This document shows positions 53,678-64,000 of a stretch of DNA of 64,000 nucleotides, one piece after another (position 1 is the stretch's first letter; each line of letters starts with the position of its first letter). Below the pieces are notes generated by a model. It did no database searches. It saw only the letters and a program-made list of their open reading frames with translations, and was not told the DNA's origin. The DNA is from Anabaena sphaerica FACHB-251 (GTDB lineage Bacteria > Cyanobacteriota > Cyanobacteriia > Cyanobacteriales > Nostocaceae): the NCBI RefSeq assembly GCF_014696825.1, contig NZ_JACJQU010000006.1, positions 24,542-88,541 of the forward strand. Reading direction: 5' to 3'. Both the position numbers and the translations under genes were made by a program.

Positions 53678-53848
53678 TGAATTTCGCAAGGGTCGGTGGA
53701 CTAGATGGCCACTGTGGGAGATGCCGTTGCTACTTCCAATGCCTATGAATTGAAAGTCGCGTCTGATACTCACGTTGCCCGCAGGTGTTAACAATAATAC
53801 CAATTTTGGATAATTACTGTGATTAGCAATTTTGGTGAATTTTCATCC

Positions 53849-53882
53849 AAAATCCCAAATCTCAAATCTCAAATCCAAAATT
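53849..53882. repeat. STRR-like array (AAATCCC/AAATCTC) in nifB upstream region
   Basis: Tandem heptamers. Confidence 0.75.
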
Positions 53883-54831
53883 GATACAATGGCAGGCAGA
53901 AAATGCTTGGGGTTCGGCTGGTGTGTGTCAACTGTGGGTCTTGGGTTGAGACGACCCAACGGGTCATCTCTACGTGTGTACAGCCGCGACTTCCATTCAC
54001 TTCAGGCATGGTGCTATCTCATCCCTCCACTCACTTTTAGCTTCTAACTTTGTTAAGGAGCGTTAAGTGATTGGCGATAAATGATTTATAGCAGCACTTT
54101 CTAGATGGGTGAATGGTTGTATGAGGATAGGATTTATTGGATTTATTATGTATGTACTCAAATCTAGAAATCCCAATCTTTGTCAGGATTACAAAAATTA
54201 AATAATATTTTTTCGGGTAGGGGTGCTAGTATTTTTCGATTGGGGTACGAGTATTTATGATGTGGGGTTCAGGATTTGGTTGTACTCATTCAAAACCCAA
54301 TACCTGTCAGGAATTGGGTGATATTTGGGTTGATTTTGCCTTACATTCATCATGTACTCAATTAACCCTCAAATCCTACTAAAAGCTTTAATTTGCAAGG
54401 GATTGGAGGTGAAAAACTGGAGTAGGATAAGCCTTACTAATCCAGTAACGTGCAAAATTCAATTCTGTATACAACATATCATTTTTTTTCAGATAAAAAT
54501 GCAGTTTATATTCTTTTAACTTTTCGATAGTCAATGATGTTAATTGCATTTCTAAGATGATGCTGGTTCAACATTAGGGCTTTAATAAAATCATAACTCT
54601 TAATGCAGATAATTTGCAAGTAATATCATCTTGATTAGGGCAGGGAATAGGCAAGAAGGAATAGAGAATAAGGAATAGAGAACAGGGAATGAGAAATAAT
54701 GTCAAATTAGGAAATGGACAATGGGGAAAGAAATTAATTGTGTTGAACTTTTAGCGATCACCTCCGGTGCTGCGCTCCGCGCAATCGCTACACTGTAATT
54801 ATGGCGAACAAGTCAAAAGAGGGGAAAGTCC

Positions 54832-55776
54832 ATGAAAGCTGTTGTTATCCGTCACTATGGTGATGCTGAGGTGTTGCAGTATGAAGAGGTGGAACAACCG
54901 AAAATCAAACCCGACCACTTACTTGTTAAGGTTCACGCTAGTAGTGTTAACCCCATTGACTGGAAAACCCGCAAGGGAATGCTGAGTATTTTAACTGGAA
55001 ACAACTTTCCCCTAATTCTGGGTTTTGATGTCGCTGGGGAAGTGGTGGAAGTTGGTTCACAGGTGACGCGCTTCAAACCTGGAGATGCTATTTATGGCAG
55101 TACCAGCTTTCCTGGGGGCGCTTATGCAGAGTTCGCCGCTATCCCAGAAAATTTGGCGGCTCCCAAACCAAATAATTTGACTTATGAAGAAGCAGCCACC
55201 ATACCATTAGCGGCGCTAACGGCTCTACAGGCATTGCGAGACTTGGGTAATATCAAATCAGGTCAAAATGTATTGATTAATGGCGCTTCGGGCGGTGTGG
55301 GCATTTTTGCGGTGCAAATTGCTAAGGCGTTGGATGCCGAGGTGACTGGTGTTTGCAGTACCAAAAATTTGGATTTGGTGAGGTCGTTGAATGCAGATTT
55401 AGTTATTGACTATACGCAACAGGATTTTACTGAAGGTAATGTGCAGTACAATATTATTTTTGATGCAGTTGCTAAACGAGCATTTTCTAATTGCAGAAAA
55501 GTTTTAAAGCCAAATGGAGTTTATATTTCAACTCTCCCCACACCGGAAGTAATTATACAGGGTGTTTTAACAGCGTTTCTTCCTGGACAAAAAGCTAAAT
55601 TTGTGTTGGAGAAGCCTAATAGTAAAGATTTGGTTTATTTAAAAGATTTGATTGAAGCTGGTAAACTGCGGACGGTGATTGATCGCACATATCCTTTACA
55701 AGAATTAATAGAAGCACATCGGTATAGTGAAGGAGAGCGTGCGGTGGGAAAAATTGCAATTGTAATTACACATTGA
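54832..55776 (+). CDS. Zinc-type alcohol dehydrogenase-like / NADPH:quinone oxidoreductase (MDR superfamily)
   Basis: 314 aa; GASGGVGIFAVQIAKALDA nucleotide-binding motif, GroES-like N-terminal domain. Confidence 0.8.
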   Translation: MKAVVIRHYGDAEVLQYEEVEQPKIKPDHLLVKVHASSVNPIDWKTRKGMLSILTGNNFPLILGFDVAGEVVEVGSQVTRFKPGDAIYGSTSFPGGAYAEFAAIPENLAAPKPNNLTYEEAATIPLAALTALQALRDLGNIKSGQNVLINGASGGVGIFAVQIAKALDAEVTGVCSTKNLDLVRSLNADLVIDYTQQDFTEGNVQYNIIFDAVAKRAFSNCRKVLKPNGVYISTLPTPEVIIQGVLTAFLPGQKAKFVLEKPNSKDLVYLKDLIEAGKLRTVIDRTYPLQELIEAHRYSEGERAVGKIAIVITH

Positions 55777-55887
55777 GTTAAGTTTCGCGCAATCTCCGTC
55801 AGGAGATCCCGGAGGGTAGATGCTAAGGAGCAAAGGCGCAAAGTTATAGCAGTGTTCAAAGTAACAGGAAGATGTCAAATAGCTATA

Positions 55888-55952
55888 AGATCCCCGACTT
55901 CTTTTTTTATCTTGTAAATAAATTATCAATTGATGTTAGAAGTCGGGGATCT
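55888..55952. repeat. 15-bp perfect inverted repeat AGATCCCCGACTTCT ... AGAAGTCGGGGATCT (35-nt spacer); same palindrome family as the amt terminator hairpin
   Basis: Compare 4940..4970 AGATCCCCGA...GAAGTCGGGGAT. An adjacent about 55-bp repeat (55785..55837) resembles 4985..5041. Confidence 0.6.
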
Positions 55953-56376
55953 GGGGATGCTATAATATTGAACCAATAGGCATTTCTGAAATTTAAGAAT
56001 TAGAATCAAAAGCGAGTTGATTTTCACAATCAGCTTCAGAACTGAAGGTAAAGTCAAGACGTAATCCCAAGTTTTGAGGATTTAATGAAATACCAACTAA
56101 GTCATCACTTTTTAAATCTTCAAGAAAATATAATAACATAAGATAATATCATTGTTGATTTATTCACAAATTGAAAAGATATGATAGAGCAAGAATTTCT
56201 GGTATTTTGGTTTAAGTGATGAACAAATTGCAGAGGCACTAGATTTACCTTTGGAGGTTGTAAAGCTGGTAGACTCGGAATAATAAAGCTTTTAATTTTT
56301 AAGGTGATTTTTCCTTGGTATTTTTCCACTGTACGCAATCAATGTTATAATTACATTAATTCTTAAGTATCCTATT

Positions 56377-56661
56377 ATGAGCCAAATTCTAACTCTGGAA
56401 CTAAGTGATAAAATAGCGATCGCTATTCAGCAACAAGCTAATAATATCGGTATTTCTCCAGAAAGTTTAGCAACAGCATTGCTAGAACAACATTTTAGTC
56501 GAGTTTTGGTAGTACCTACAGATGCACAAAAAGAATTAGCACGGGCAAAATTTGAACGTCATTTTGGCACACTCAATATTCATAATAGTACAAATATTGA
56601 TAATGAAACCATTGATACAGACTTAGTTAAAGAGTATGCTAATAACCACGAGGAGGATTAA
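56377..56661 (+). CDS. Putative antitoxin (ribbon-helix-helix-like) of vapBC-type pair
   Basis: 94 aa; immediately precedes PIN gene (stop/start overlap ATG at 56661). Confidence 0.5.
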   Translation: MSQILTLELSDKIAIAIQQQANNIGISPESLATALLEQHFSRVLVVPTDAQKELARAKFERHFGTLNIHNSTNIDNETIDTDLVKEYANNHEED

Positions 56662-57154
56662 TGCTAATTGATACCTCTGGGTTACTTTGTTTACATTATC
56701 CAACTGAGCCACTTCATAGTCTAGCTTGTAGTGCATACAAAAAGGCTACAGTTAGGGTAACTCACAGTTACATCATTGCTGAATATGTTGCTTTAGCAAA
56801 TGCCAGACGCTTTCCTCGCTCATCCATACTTGCTTTTGTTGTTGACTTATTAGACCTCTCCGGAAATATGGTAGAGACGTTCCGGCGGAACGTCTCTACA
56901 AGGGTTTCAAACCACGCACATTTAATTACCGGAGATGTCTATTGGATAACCCAGATATTGAAACGGTTTGGATTAATGAATCATTGTACAGAAAAGCAAT
57001 TGAGCTATTGATGATAAGGCAGGATAAAAGTTACTCTTTATGCGACTCCATCAGCTTTGTACTGATGCGTGAAAGAAGTATTAACGAAGCTTTAACAACA
57101 GATCGACACTTTGAGCAAGAAGGCTTTATTCGTTTACTGCATCCAGAATCATAA
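56661..57154 (+). pseudogene. vapC: PIN-domain VapC-like toxin gene disrupted by MITE insertion (56851..56941)
   Basis: MLIDTSGLL...ILAFVVDLL | MITE | (L)DNPDIETVWINESLY...TDRHFEQEGF. Removing the 87-bp MITE plus 2-bp TA duplication restores a 134-codon in-frame PIN ORF. Confidence 0.7.
56851..56941. mobile_element. MITE copy inserted at a TA in the vapC-like gene (TIRs GACCTCTCCGG...CCGGAGATGTC, TA duplication)
   Basis: Reverse complement matches 11243..11330 almost base for base. Confidence 0.8.
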
Positions 57155-57187
57155 TAAACATATTCATTATTTTAACTGATCAGAATA

Positions 57188-57724
57188 TCATCGTTGCTGA
57201 GTCATTGCCATCACAGTTGCAACAGTCAATGCTGAAATGTTACCAAGGGTGGGAAGTGTATCATTATCGGCATAAATAAGTGGTAACTCTTGATTTTCCC
57301 ACACCCAAATTTGCTTTCTTTGAATATCAATTAACCAAGCAAGCTGTGTCCCTTTACTCAAGCAGTGCAGGATTTTTTGTTGTATATCTAATGTACTTTG
57401 ATCAGGAGAACGAATTTCAATTAACCAGTCAGGTGAACCTTGTAGCGGTCCATCTTCATTAGAAAGGCGCTCACTCTTAACAACTGAAATATCAGGTACA
57501 GGAGAAATGGGAGGTACAATACACCGCAGTTCTTGAATAGCTTCGTAGGCGGTAGTTTGGCTGTTAATGGCGTTAACAAGGTTACGTTGGAAGCGAGAAT
57601 AAAACAGCGTTGGCATGGGTTTTTGCTGGGCTTTTCCCTGGATAAACTCCCAAGCAGGAGAAGCTTCAATATTAGGTTGCTGAAGAAAATTGTCTAATGG
57701 GTTGGTGAAAGTAGATAATTGCAT
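57188..57724 (-). CDS. Uma2-family (DUF820) putative restriction-endonuclease-like protein
   Basis: 178 aa; ...DWLIEIRSPDQS...acidic/Lys pattern of Uma2 family. Confidence 0.55.
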   Translation of the reverse strand: MQLSTFTNPLDNFLQQPNIEASPAWEFIQGKAQQKPMPTLFYSRFQRNLVNAINSQTTAYEAIQELRCIVPPISPVPDISVVKSERLSNEDGPLQGSPDWLIEIRSPDQSTLDIQQKILHCLSKGTQLAWLIDIQRKQIWVWENQELPLIYADNDTLPTLGNISALTVATVMAMTQQR

Positions 57725-58279
57725 AATTGCTGTTATTGATTATTCACATTTTTGGCAAGTTTCAGTAAATTCAATATTTCCTTCTCAATAGATTCAAAAT
57801 GGAATATTCTCATCCTGTAAATCCTTTAATCCTGGACATCCTGATTCAGACAAAAATTATAACACAAGATAACTCAATAACATCCAGATCCCTATATTGC
57901 TATTTTGTATTCCCACATACAGCAAACAAAATCCTAAAACAAAATAAAGAAATCGGTTTTTTAACTACCAAAACTCTACACTAATAATAGTAACAGCAAC
58001 TACATAAAAACTATATTTCCTGTCATTAACATAACTTCTCTGAGCATAAGAGTACAACTTAATATATCTCAAAAAATCTTGCCTAAATCGCTGCCAGTCT
58101 CACAGGCAAATAGATTTACTTGAGTACAAAAAAGCTAAAACCCTAACCCATAAATACCAGTACCCCTGTCATAAAACACTAGTACCCCTACCCCTACATA
58201 AAATGTTAACTTCTGTTAAATAGGGGTTTAAACCTATTGAGTACAATCGTAATAAATTCAATATATTCAATCGGTATCT

Positions 58280-59086
58280 GTGGTTTTGTCTGCTTTCGAG
58301 TCACCTGATATAAGCAGAAAAATACAACATGGCTCTTTTAACCAGACAGTACCGATGCAACAGTCTCTAGACAGTATTAAAACCCAAACTGCAAATACAG
58401 ACTCGCAGAAAAATCAACGTTCTGGCGGTTTTTTTGAGCCATTAATGAGTGATTTTCGGATCATTTTTGAGCGTGATCCAGCCGCACGTAATTGGTTGGA
58501 GGTTATATTTTGTTATCCTGGATTTCATGCTCTTTGTTTCCATCGTCTCGCACACTGGTTACACATCCGTAAAGTGGGTTTTATCCCTCGTTTAATTTCT
58601 CACTTGGGACGATTTTTAACAGGTATTGAAATTCATCCAGGTGCAAAAATTGGTAAAGGTGTATTTATCGATCATGGTATGGGTGTTGTCATTGGTGAAA
58701 CTGCCATAGTCGGAGATTATGCACTCATTTATCAAGGTGTAACTCTGGGTGGCACAGGGAAAGAAAGCGGTAAACGTCATCCTACCTTGGGTAATAACGT
58801 TGTTGTGGGTGCGGGTGCGAAAGTATTAGGAAATATTCAAATTAGCGATCGCGTGCGGATAGGTGCAGGTTCCATAGTCTTGCGTGATGTTCCCCCAGAT
58901 TCTACCGTTGTTGGTATTCCTGGCCGCATTATTTCCCATAAACAAAGCAAACGTCTTTCTCCTTTAGAACATGGAAAACTACCTGATGTGGAAGCAGGTA
59001 TAATTCGTTCCTTGCTTTCCCGAATCGAAAAACTTGAACAACAACTGCAAACCATGAATAGTCATCAGCAGAACGAGGAACATTAA
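58280..59086 (+). CDS. cysE: Serine O-acetyltransferase (hexapeptide-repeat), nif-associated cysE homologue
   Basis: Left-handed beta-helix hexapeptides ([28 protein letters not shown]...GVTLGG); true start may be internal (M at IIFERDPAA region). Confidence 0.75.
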   Translation: MVLSAFESPDISRKIQHGSFNQTVPMQQSLDSIKTQTANTDSQKNQRSGGFFEPLMSDFRIIFERDPAARNWLEVIFCYPGFHALCFHRLAHWLHIRKVGFIPRLISHLGRFLTGIEIHPGAKIGKGVFIDHGMGVVIGETAIVGDYALIYQGVTLGGTGKESGKRHPTLGNNVVVGAGAKVLGNIQISDRVRIGAGSIVLRDVPPDSTVVGIPGRIISHKQSKRLSPLEHGKLPDVEAGIIRSLLSRIEKLEQQLQTMNSHQQNEEH

Positions 59087-59089
59087 ATT

Positions 59090-59326
59090 ATGTTCTCACT
59101 AGGTGAACAAGTTTTGCAGATTCCTTTAAGTGATAGATGGCAAATTTATCACCGTTTGCAAGAGTTGATGATTGCTTGTTCTTGCCCTCCAGATGGTTCT
59201 TTACGCGTGCAAGTAAAGAGTTTGCAAGAAGCAATTCTTGTCCGCAGTGCAGTCATGCAATTTCTAGCTTCGCGCTGTGAGTTAGTAACATGGTTAGAAA
59301 CTTGTTGGAGTCACAGTATAGAGTAA
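59090..59326 (+). CDS. Hypothetical small protein (78 aa)
   Basis: Starts 4 bp after cysE stop. Confidence 0.35.
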   Translation: MFSLGEQVLQIPLSDRWQIYHRLQELMIACSCPPDGSLRVQVKSLQEAILVRSAVMQFLASRCELVTWLETCWSHSIE

Positions 59327-59626
59327 AAAGTGCATAACTGACTACAATTTACATCTTCTCAAATGTCTAATCAATACTATTTCAGAGCAGAATTCATGAT
59401 GCAAGCATAATTCATCCTCTACAAAAGTCGAAGTTATTGTTTACTCACAATTTAGCTTGCAGACTGAAAGAAATTAACCTAAGCTTAGGTTTCACTCTCT
59501 CTACTAAATCTGCTAAATCTCCAAATTCTCTGACATATTTCATTCTTGAACAAAGTGAAATTAGTAAGTAACCTTGGGGGTAGTATTTTGTTATCTTGTC
59601 TCGCTTGATATTTTCAAAGTCAAATT

Positions 59627-59824
59627 ATGGTAGACCGTAACAGCGATAAGAAATTACTGCAATTTTTGCATAATGAACTGGAACTTTCCCAAGCGGATAT
59701 TGCTGTTGCTTTGCGACACCGTGAGTTTGATAAAGGACCTATTCCTATGCTGCTTTGGCAGTATGGTTTTATCGATTTAGAACAGTTAGATAAGATTTTT
59801 GATTGGTTAGCAGAACACGCATAG
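59627..59824 (+). CDS. Hypothetical small protein (65 aa), cyanobacterial nif-region type
   Basis: Intact ORF upstream of nifV. Confidence 0.35.
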   Translation: MVDRNSDKKLLQFLHNELELSQADIAVALRHREFDKGPIPMLLWQYGFIDLEQLDKIFDWLAEHA

Positions 59825-60276
59825 GTTCAGTTATCAGTCATCAGTTCTCAGTTAAAATCTTTGCACTTAGATATGAAGCAAATATTTGTGAAACATCAAT
59901 TGTCTATACTGCTTATCAATGATCACCAAACAACTAAGGAGGGAGGGAAATACTATGATTACTAGTTTAATTGCTGGACTGAGTATTTTATTACTGACAG
60001 GATTTACTAATAGCTATATTAGTTACTGGCTATTTATAGAACATCACAATCATGACAGGAAAAAATCCTCATAAATTATACCAAAATTTGGTTTCCTATC
60101 ATACAGATGTGGTGTGAGTTATTAGGCAATAATTAAATATTATAAACTGTCTTTAATAACTCGTGTGATTTTTAGCAGTTATCTAGAAAATTTTAATATT
60201 TGTTTTATATCTATGATGGATAGGAATTGTAGCGTTAAAGGGTATTAGTAAAAACTCGGCTAGAGGGATATTTGAG

Positions 60277-61410
60277 ATGAGTCAAATTAGTATTAATGAT
60301 ACTACGTTACGTGATGGTGAACAGGCGGCAGGTGTTGCTTTTAACTTAGAAGAAAAAGTAGCGATCGCAAAATTTCTTGATGCCATTGGTGTTCCCGAAT
60401 TAGAAGTCGGTATACCAGCAATGGGAGAAGAAGAAATTCGCACAATTCAAGCAATTTCTGACTTAGATTTAGATGCAAAATTACTAGCTTGGAACCGCGC
60501 TGTTATCTCAGATATTAAAGCCTCTATTGCCTGTGGACTGGAAAGAGTACATATTGCTATTCCCGTTTCTGGTATACAAATTGCTGCTAAATTTCATGGT
60601 CAATGGAGAGTAAGTTTACAACGACTTAAAGACTGTATTAGCTTTGCGCTTGATCATGGTCTTTGGGTTGCAGTAGGGGGAGAAGATTCTTCTAGAGCAG
60701 ATGAAAACTTCCTCGAAGATGTAGCTTTATATGCTCAAGAATGGGGTGCATCAAGATTTCGTTTTTGTGATACAGTTGGAGTGCTTGATCCCTTCGGAAC
60801 TCACCTCAAAGTTAAACGATTAGTATCTACTTTATCAATTCCTGTAGAGATTCACACCCATAATGATTTTGGTCTAGCAACTGCTAATGCTATTGCTGGT
60901 ATTAAAGCTGGAGCAGTTTCTGTGAATACCACCGTTAATGGTTTAGGTGAAAGAGCAGGAAATGCAGCTTTAGAAGAAGTTGTCATGGCCATAAAATGTA
61001 TCTACGGTGTTAATTTAGGAATTGATACTCGACATTTATTAGGACTATCGCAATTAGTTGCTGCTGCTTCAGGTGCAAACGTCCCACCTTGGAAAGCAAT
61101 TGTTGGAAAAAATACCTTTGCTCACGAGTCGGGAATTCATGCTGATGGTGTCCTGAAAAACCCAGAAACCTATGAACCATTTTCACCAGAAGAAGTAGGT
61201 TGGGAACGTAGTTTAGTATTAGGTAAACATTCTGGAAGGCATTTATTATCTAACTTGTTAGCACAGTATGGCATCTTTTTGAATTCAGAAGAAACCCAAT
61301 CTGTTTTAGATGCAGTACGGCATGAATCAACACTGAAAAAACGCAGTATCACTACAGAAGAATTGTTGAATTTAGTACGTGAACAGAGGTATTCCCATGC
61401 AGCGCGATGA
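60277..61410 (+). CDS. nifV: Homocitrate synthase NifV
   Basis: 377 aa; LRDGEQ...; [13 protein letters not shown] (HxH metal site) of the HMGL-like family. Confidence 0.9.
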   Translation: MSQISINDTTLRDGEQAAGVAFNLEEKVAIAKFLDAIGVPELEVGIPAMGEEEIRTIQAISDLDLDAKLLAWNRAVISDIKASIACGLERVHIAIPVSGIQIAAKFHGQWRVSLQRLKDCISFALDHGLWVAVGGEDSSRADENFLEDVALYAQEWGASRFRFCDTVGVLDPFGTHLKVKRLVSTLSIPVEIHTHNDFGLATANAIAGIKAGAVSVNTTVNGLGERAGNAALEEVVMAIKCIYGVNLGIDTRHLLGLSQLVAAASGANVPPWKAIVGKNTFAHESGIHADGVLKNPETYEPFSPEEVGWERSLVLGKHSGRHLLSNLLAQYGIFLNSEETQSVLDAVRHESTLKKRSITTEELLNLVREQRYSHAAR

Positions 61411-61684
61411 GGTAGAACTGAATTCTCAACCAATTTTTGAAATTGGTCAAAAAGTCCGAGTTAAGAAACTCATTAAAAATGATGGTACTTTTCCTGGTCG
61501 AGAAATTGGAGAAGTTTTAGCAAGAATTGGAGACGTTGGTTATGTATCCAGCATAGGAACTTTTTTACAAGCTTACTATATCTATGCTGTGCATTTTTTA
61601 GATACAGGGTACATCATCGGTTGTCGAAAAAGAGAACTAGAATCTGCTGAGGAAACACATGAAAGTAATGCTACGGATGAATGA
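61397..61684 (+). CDS. nifZ: NifZ
   Basis: [22 protein letters not shown]... NifZ signature; overlaps nifV 3' end. Confidence 0.8.
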   Translation: MQRDEVELNSQPIFEIGQKVRVKKLIKNDGTFPGREIGEVLARIGDVGYVSSIGTFLQAYYIYAVHFLDTGYIIGCRKRELESAEETHESNATDE

Positions 61685-61862
61685 TGCTGGAACTTTGGTG
61701 GCCTACGTCGCTAAAAAAGATCTGGAAGAAGAAGTAGTCAAACAGACAGATAGTGATGCAGGTAAAGTTCTCACTTTAGCTAATGGTTGGGAATTAGAAT
61801 TTAGTGAAATACCAGCTAAGGAAAAGCTACCCTTAACTGTTGAAGCTAAACGCCTTGCATAA
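61659..61862 (+). CDS. nifT: NifT/FixU
   Basis: 67 aa, [24 protein letters not shown]... Confidence 0.8.
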   Translation: MKVMLRMNDAGTLVAYVAKKDLEEEVVKQTDSDAGKVLTLANGWELEFSEIPAKEKLPLTVEAKRLA

Positions 61863-62083
61863 AATTATTACAAGTAACCGATAGAAGGTAAAAGGTAAAA
61901 GCATACAGCAGAAGTCAGGAGTCAGGAGTAAAAACAGCTTCATACTTGGTTTTTGGTTGAAATTTTGTACTTCATTTACCTGTAATCTGCTGTATTTTTT
62001 CCTCTTCCTTATTCCTTTAGATGAGCAACATTACCCCAGTAACGCGGGGTTTATTATTTTTATGGCAAATTTGGGTTATCAAT

Positions 62084-62650
62084 ATGGGTGAAAAGTATCA
62101 GACTTTATCGGAATTGAATCTTGAAGGACAGTTTTTAGGTTTTGTTGGTGATAAGCCGCAAAAATCTAAACACTTGCATTTGGCAATTCCTTCAGGAAAT
62201 GTGAAAATTAAAATACCTAAAGATTTGCGCTGTTCTCTGATTGCTTCTTTAGTACCTGGTGAACAAATTAGTATTGCTGCTATTAGTAAATTAAACCCAC
62301 GGACACGTAAACTGAAACTCACAGCTTATCAAGTCCAAGCATCTGGTTTTTGTCCGATTCATAATCGACTACCGGAAACTACCGCTAAAATTATGGTCTG
62401 TCAAAAATCTGGTTGTATGAAACGGGGTGGGAAAGGTTTATTATCAGAATTAGAAAAAACTTTGTGCGATCGCGGTTTGTTAGATAAGGTAGAAATCGAA
62501 CACACCGACTGTCAAAAACGTTGTAGTAGCGCACCCAACTGTGTTTTGATGTTGGGTAAAAAGCAATACAAAAAAGTGCATCCAGAAGCCATAGCTTCCT
62601 TGTTAGAGAATCATTTGAGAGGATGTTTTAAAAGTGAAGGAATAGTGTAA
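62084..62650 (+). CDS. Thioredoxin-like [2Fe-2S] ferredoxin-domain protein
   Basis: Cys pattern C...C...C...C (CQKSGC, CDRG, CQKRC) of NuoE-like Fdx fold in C-terminal half; start uncertain (ORF track 62021). Confidence 0.5.
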   Translation: MGEKYQTLSELNLEGQFLGFVGDKPQKSKHLHLAIPSGNVKIKIPKDLRCSLIASLVPGEQISIAAISKLNPRTRKLKLTAYQVQASGFCPIHNRLPETTAKIMVCQKSGCMKRGGKGLLSELEKTLCDRGLLDKVEIEHTDCQKRCSSAPNCVLMLGKKQYKKVHPEAIASLLENHLRGCFKSEGIV

Positions 62651-62918
62651 CAAAGCTGACAATTTTAAGCTGATTCTTCAAAATTAGCTTAAAATTCTTT
62701 TCCGGATCTGTCTAATTCAGTCTTGGATAAATCTTATATTAGAGGATATTTTAAAAGGGTATTTTGCTATCAAATTTAGCACAGTCAAGCATCTCAGTAC
62801 ATTAGTAAAACATTGATTTTCCGTTATATTTAAACTCAGTAATAACGGCAAATTCTACCTTTTGGTACTTTACAAACATCCTCTTAGTTCAATATCAATA
62901 ATTAAATTGTATAAGAGT

Positions 62919-64000
62919 GTGAGGACTAGAACTTTGACTAAATGCCAATTTGCTCATGTAATTTCCGCTAATTGGCTGCTGTTGACTGGAATAAATCTAT
63001 TAGGTTGCCTTTTCCTATCTACATCTATTGCCATTAAAGCTGCATCTGCGGTTGATAGAGTTGATGAATTAGTTACTAATGCCACGACTAAGGAATTATC
63101 AACTCAGCAAAAAGTAGCGTCAACTAAAGACATTAGCCAAAAATCCCCACAGTTAGCTATTGAACTGAATCAACCTTTGATTTTGCTCAAACAACCACAG
63201 ACTATCACCCAAAAGATAGATACTTTAACTAGCGTGGGTGATAACTTTGGTGAAGCCAAGAAACTTTATCCTACTCAGCCCCAGACCATCACCCAACAGA
63301 TAGATGTCTCTGGTAGTAGAGGAGATAAATTAGGAGATGTTAATCAATTACGCCAGGATTTATTAGTTGAACCCCTGTTTCAAATAACTCCTCCACAAAC
63401 TCCTCCACAAACTCCTCCACAAACTCCTCCACAAACTCCTTCACCCAAGCGAACCTACCAACCTGGGCTCAGTTTTGGCGCTCCAAGTGCTTTCGGGGCG
63501 GCATGGGGGGACTTATTTGTAGGAGCATCGGGCGCTACAGCAGGTAAAAGTAGGGACGGTAACCCAGACGCAAGTATGAGCGCAGGTTTTGGGTTGGGAG
63601 ATGCTTACAAATTGGGTGCTTTGGAATTCACCTTCAACAACGGTAGTGTCAAAAACCTCGGTTATAACGGCACTTTTGACCTCAAAGCTCACCGCGTTGT
63701 CTATGTTAAAGGCAACAATCAAGTTGCTGTAGCTGCTGGCTGGAATACCTTTGCCCAGTATGGTAATGAAGGAATTAGACCTTCCGGTGCTTATGGTGTA
63801 GTCACAACATACTCTCTTTTACAGCCTAACAATCCTGTTAATCCAATGGCTATCTCCTTTTCTCTAGGAGCAGGCGGTGGCGACTTCCGACAAGGTAATG
63901 AGAGTACCGGTGTATTTGCTGGAGTGGGTGTGCAAGTTCATCCCCAGATCGGTATGGGTTTCGGTTGGAGTGGAGTAGGTTTAAATGCTGGGGTTTCCGT
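62919..64000 (+). CDS. Partial CDS (runs off right edge); cyanobacterial outer-membrane porin (OprB-like) with signal peptide and (TPPQ)n linker
   Basis: GTG start, signal-like N-terminus, TPPQTPPQTPPQTPPQ repeat, then beta-barrel region (GLSFGAPSAFGAAWGDLFVGASG...). Confidence 0.55.
   Translation, partial: MRTRTLTKCQFAHVISANWLLLTGINLLGCLFLSTSIAIKAASAVDRVDELVTNATTKELSTQQKVASTKDISQKSPQLAIELNQPLILLKQPQTITQKIDTLTSVGDNFGEAKKLYPTQPQTITQQIDVSGSRGDKLGDVNQLRQDLLVEPLFQITPPQTPPQTPPQTPPQTPSPKRTYQPGLSFGAPSAFGAAWGDLFVGASGATAGKSRDGNPDASMSAGFGLGDAYKLGALEFTFNNGSVKNLGYNGTFDLKAHRVVYVKGNNQVAVAAGWNTFAQYGNEGIRPSGAYGVVTTYSLLQPNNPVNPMAISFSLGAGGGDFRQGNESTGVFAGVGVQVHPQIGMGFGWSGVGLNAGVS

Noticed and set aside
53678-53803. 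N-terminal 42-codon extension of nifB in the ORF track
   Set aside because: NifB homologues begin near MTLPATGLL...SGGCGC. The extension lacks similarity and probably reflects an upstream in-frame ATG in the leader.

Overview
This window reads as a heterocyst-forming cyanobacterial (Nostoc/Anabaena-type) chromosome segment. Supporting this are the STRR heptamer arrays (CCCCAGT, TTGGTCA and relatives) and gene content that matches the major nitrogen-fixation locus. The nif genes lie on the minus strand in the classical order: nifB-fdxN-nifS-nifU-nifH-nifD-nifK-(Mo-nitro_C-like ORF)-nifE-nifN-nifX-orf-DUF683-nifW-hesA-hesB-fdxH-feoA. Two structural genes are split by large insertions:
- nifH is cut after codon 146 by an approx 8.3-kb element (40461..48735). 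The element is flanked by 10-bp direct repeats (ACCTTCACGG on the plus strand).
- nifD is cut after ...HSWDYS by an approx 14.8-kb element (23665..38496). It is flanked by a 7-bp core (CGGAGTA on the plus strand).
- fdxN is intact.

Each element carries an XisA/XisC-family tyrosine recombinase at its nifK-proximal or nifD-proximal end. The rest of each element is AT-rich cargo that looks like a defence/toxin-antitoxin island.
- The nifD element carries an ABC-ATPase plus TOPRIM-like pair (PARIS/OLD-like), VapBC, two DUF433/DUF5615 cassettes, a HEPN protein with a membrane partner, an SPFH protein and a frameshifted Uma2 nuclease gene. It also carries an ADP-ribosylglycohydrolase, a cyclophilin, two tRNA-like genes and MITEs.
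- The nifH element carries an MmeI-like 1036-aa RM fusion enzyme, a GT39-like membrane glycosyltransferase and several gene fragments.

Left of the nif cluster are nagA, purE, amt, hupW, an overlapping ankyrin/SagB-like/small-ORF operon, a CBS protein and a low-GC Type II RM module (MTase plus putative REase) next to a MITE. Right of nifB are a quinone oxidoreductase and a vapBC-like pair whose toxin gene is disrupted by a MITE with a TA target duplication. Further right are an Uma2 nuclease gene, cysE, nifV-nifZ-nifT, a thioredoxin-like [2Fe-2S] protein and the 5' end of a porin gene. All calls come from reading the sequence and from remembered family motifs. No database searches were run.
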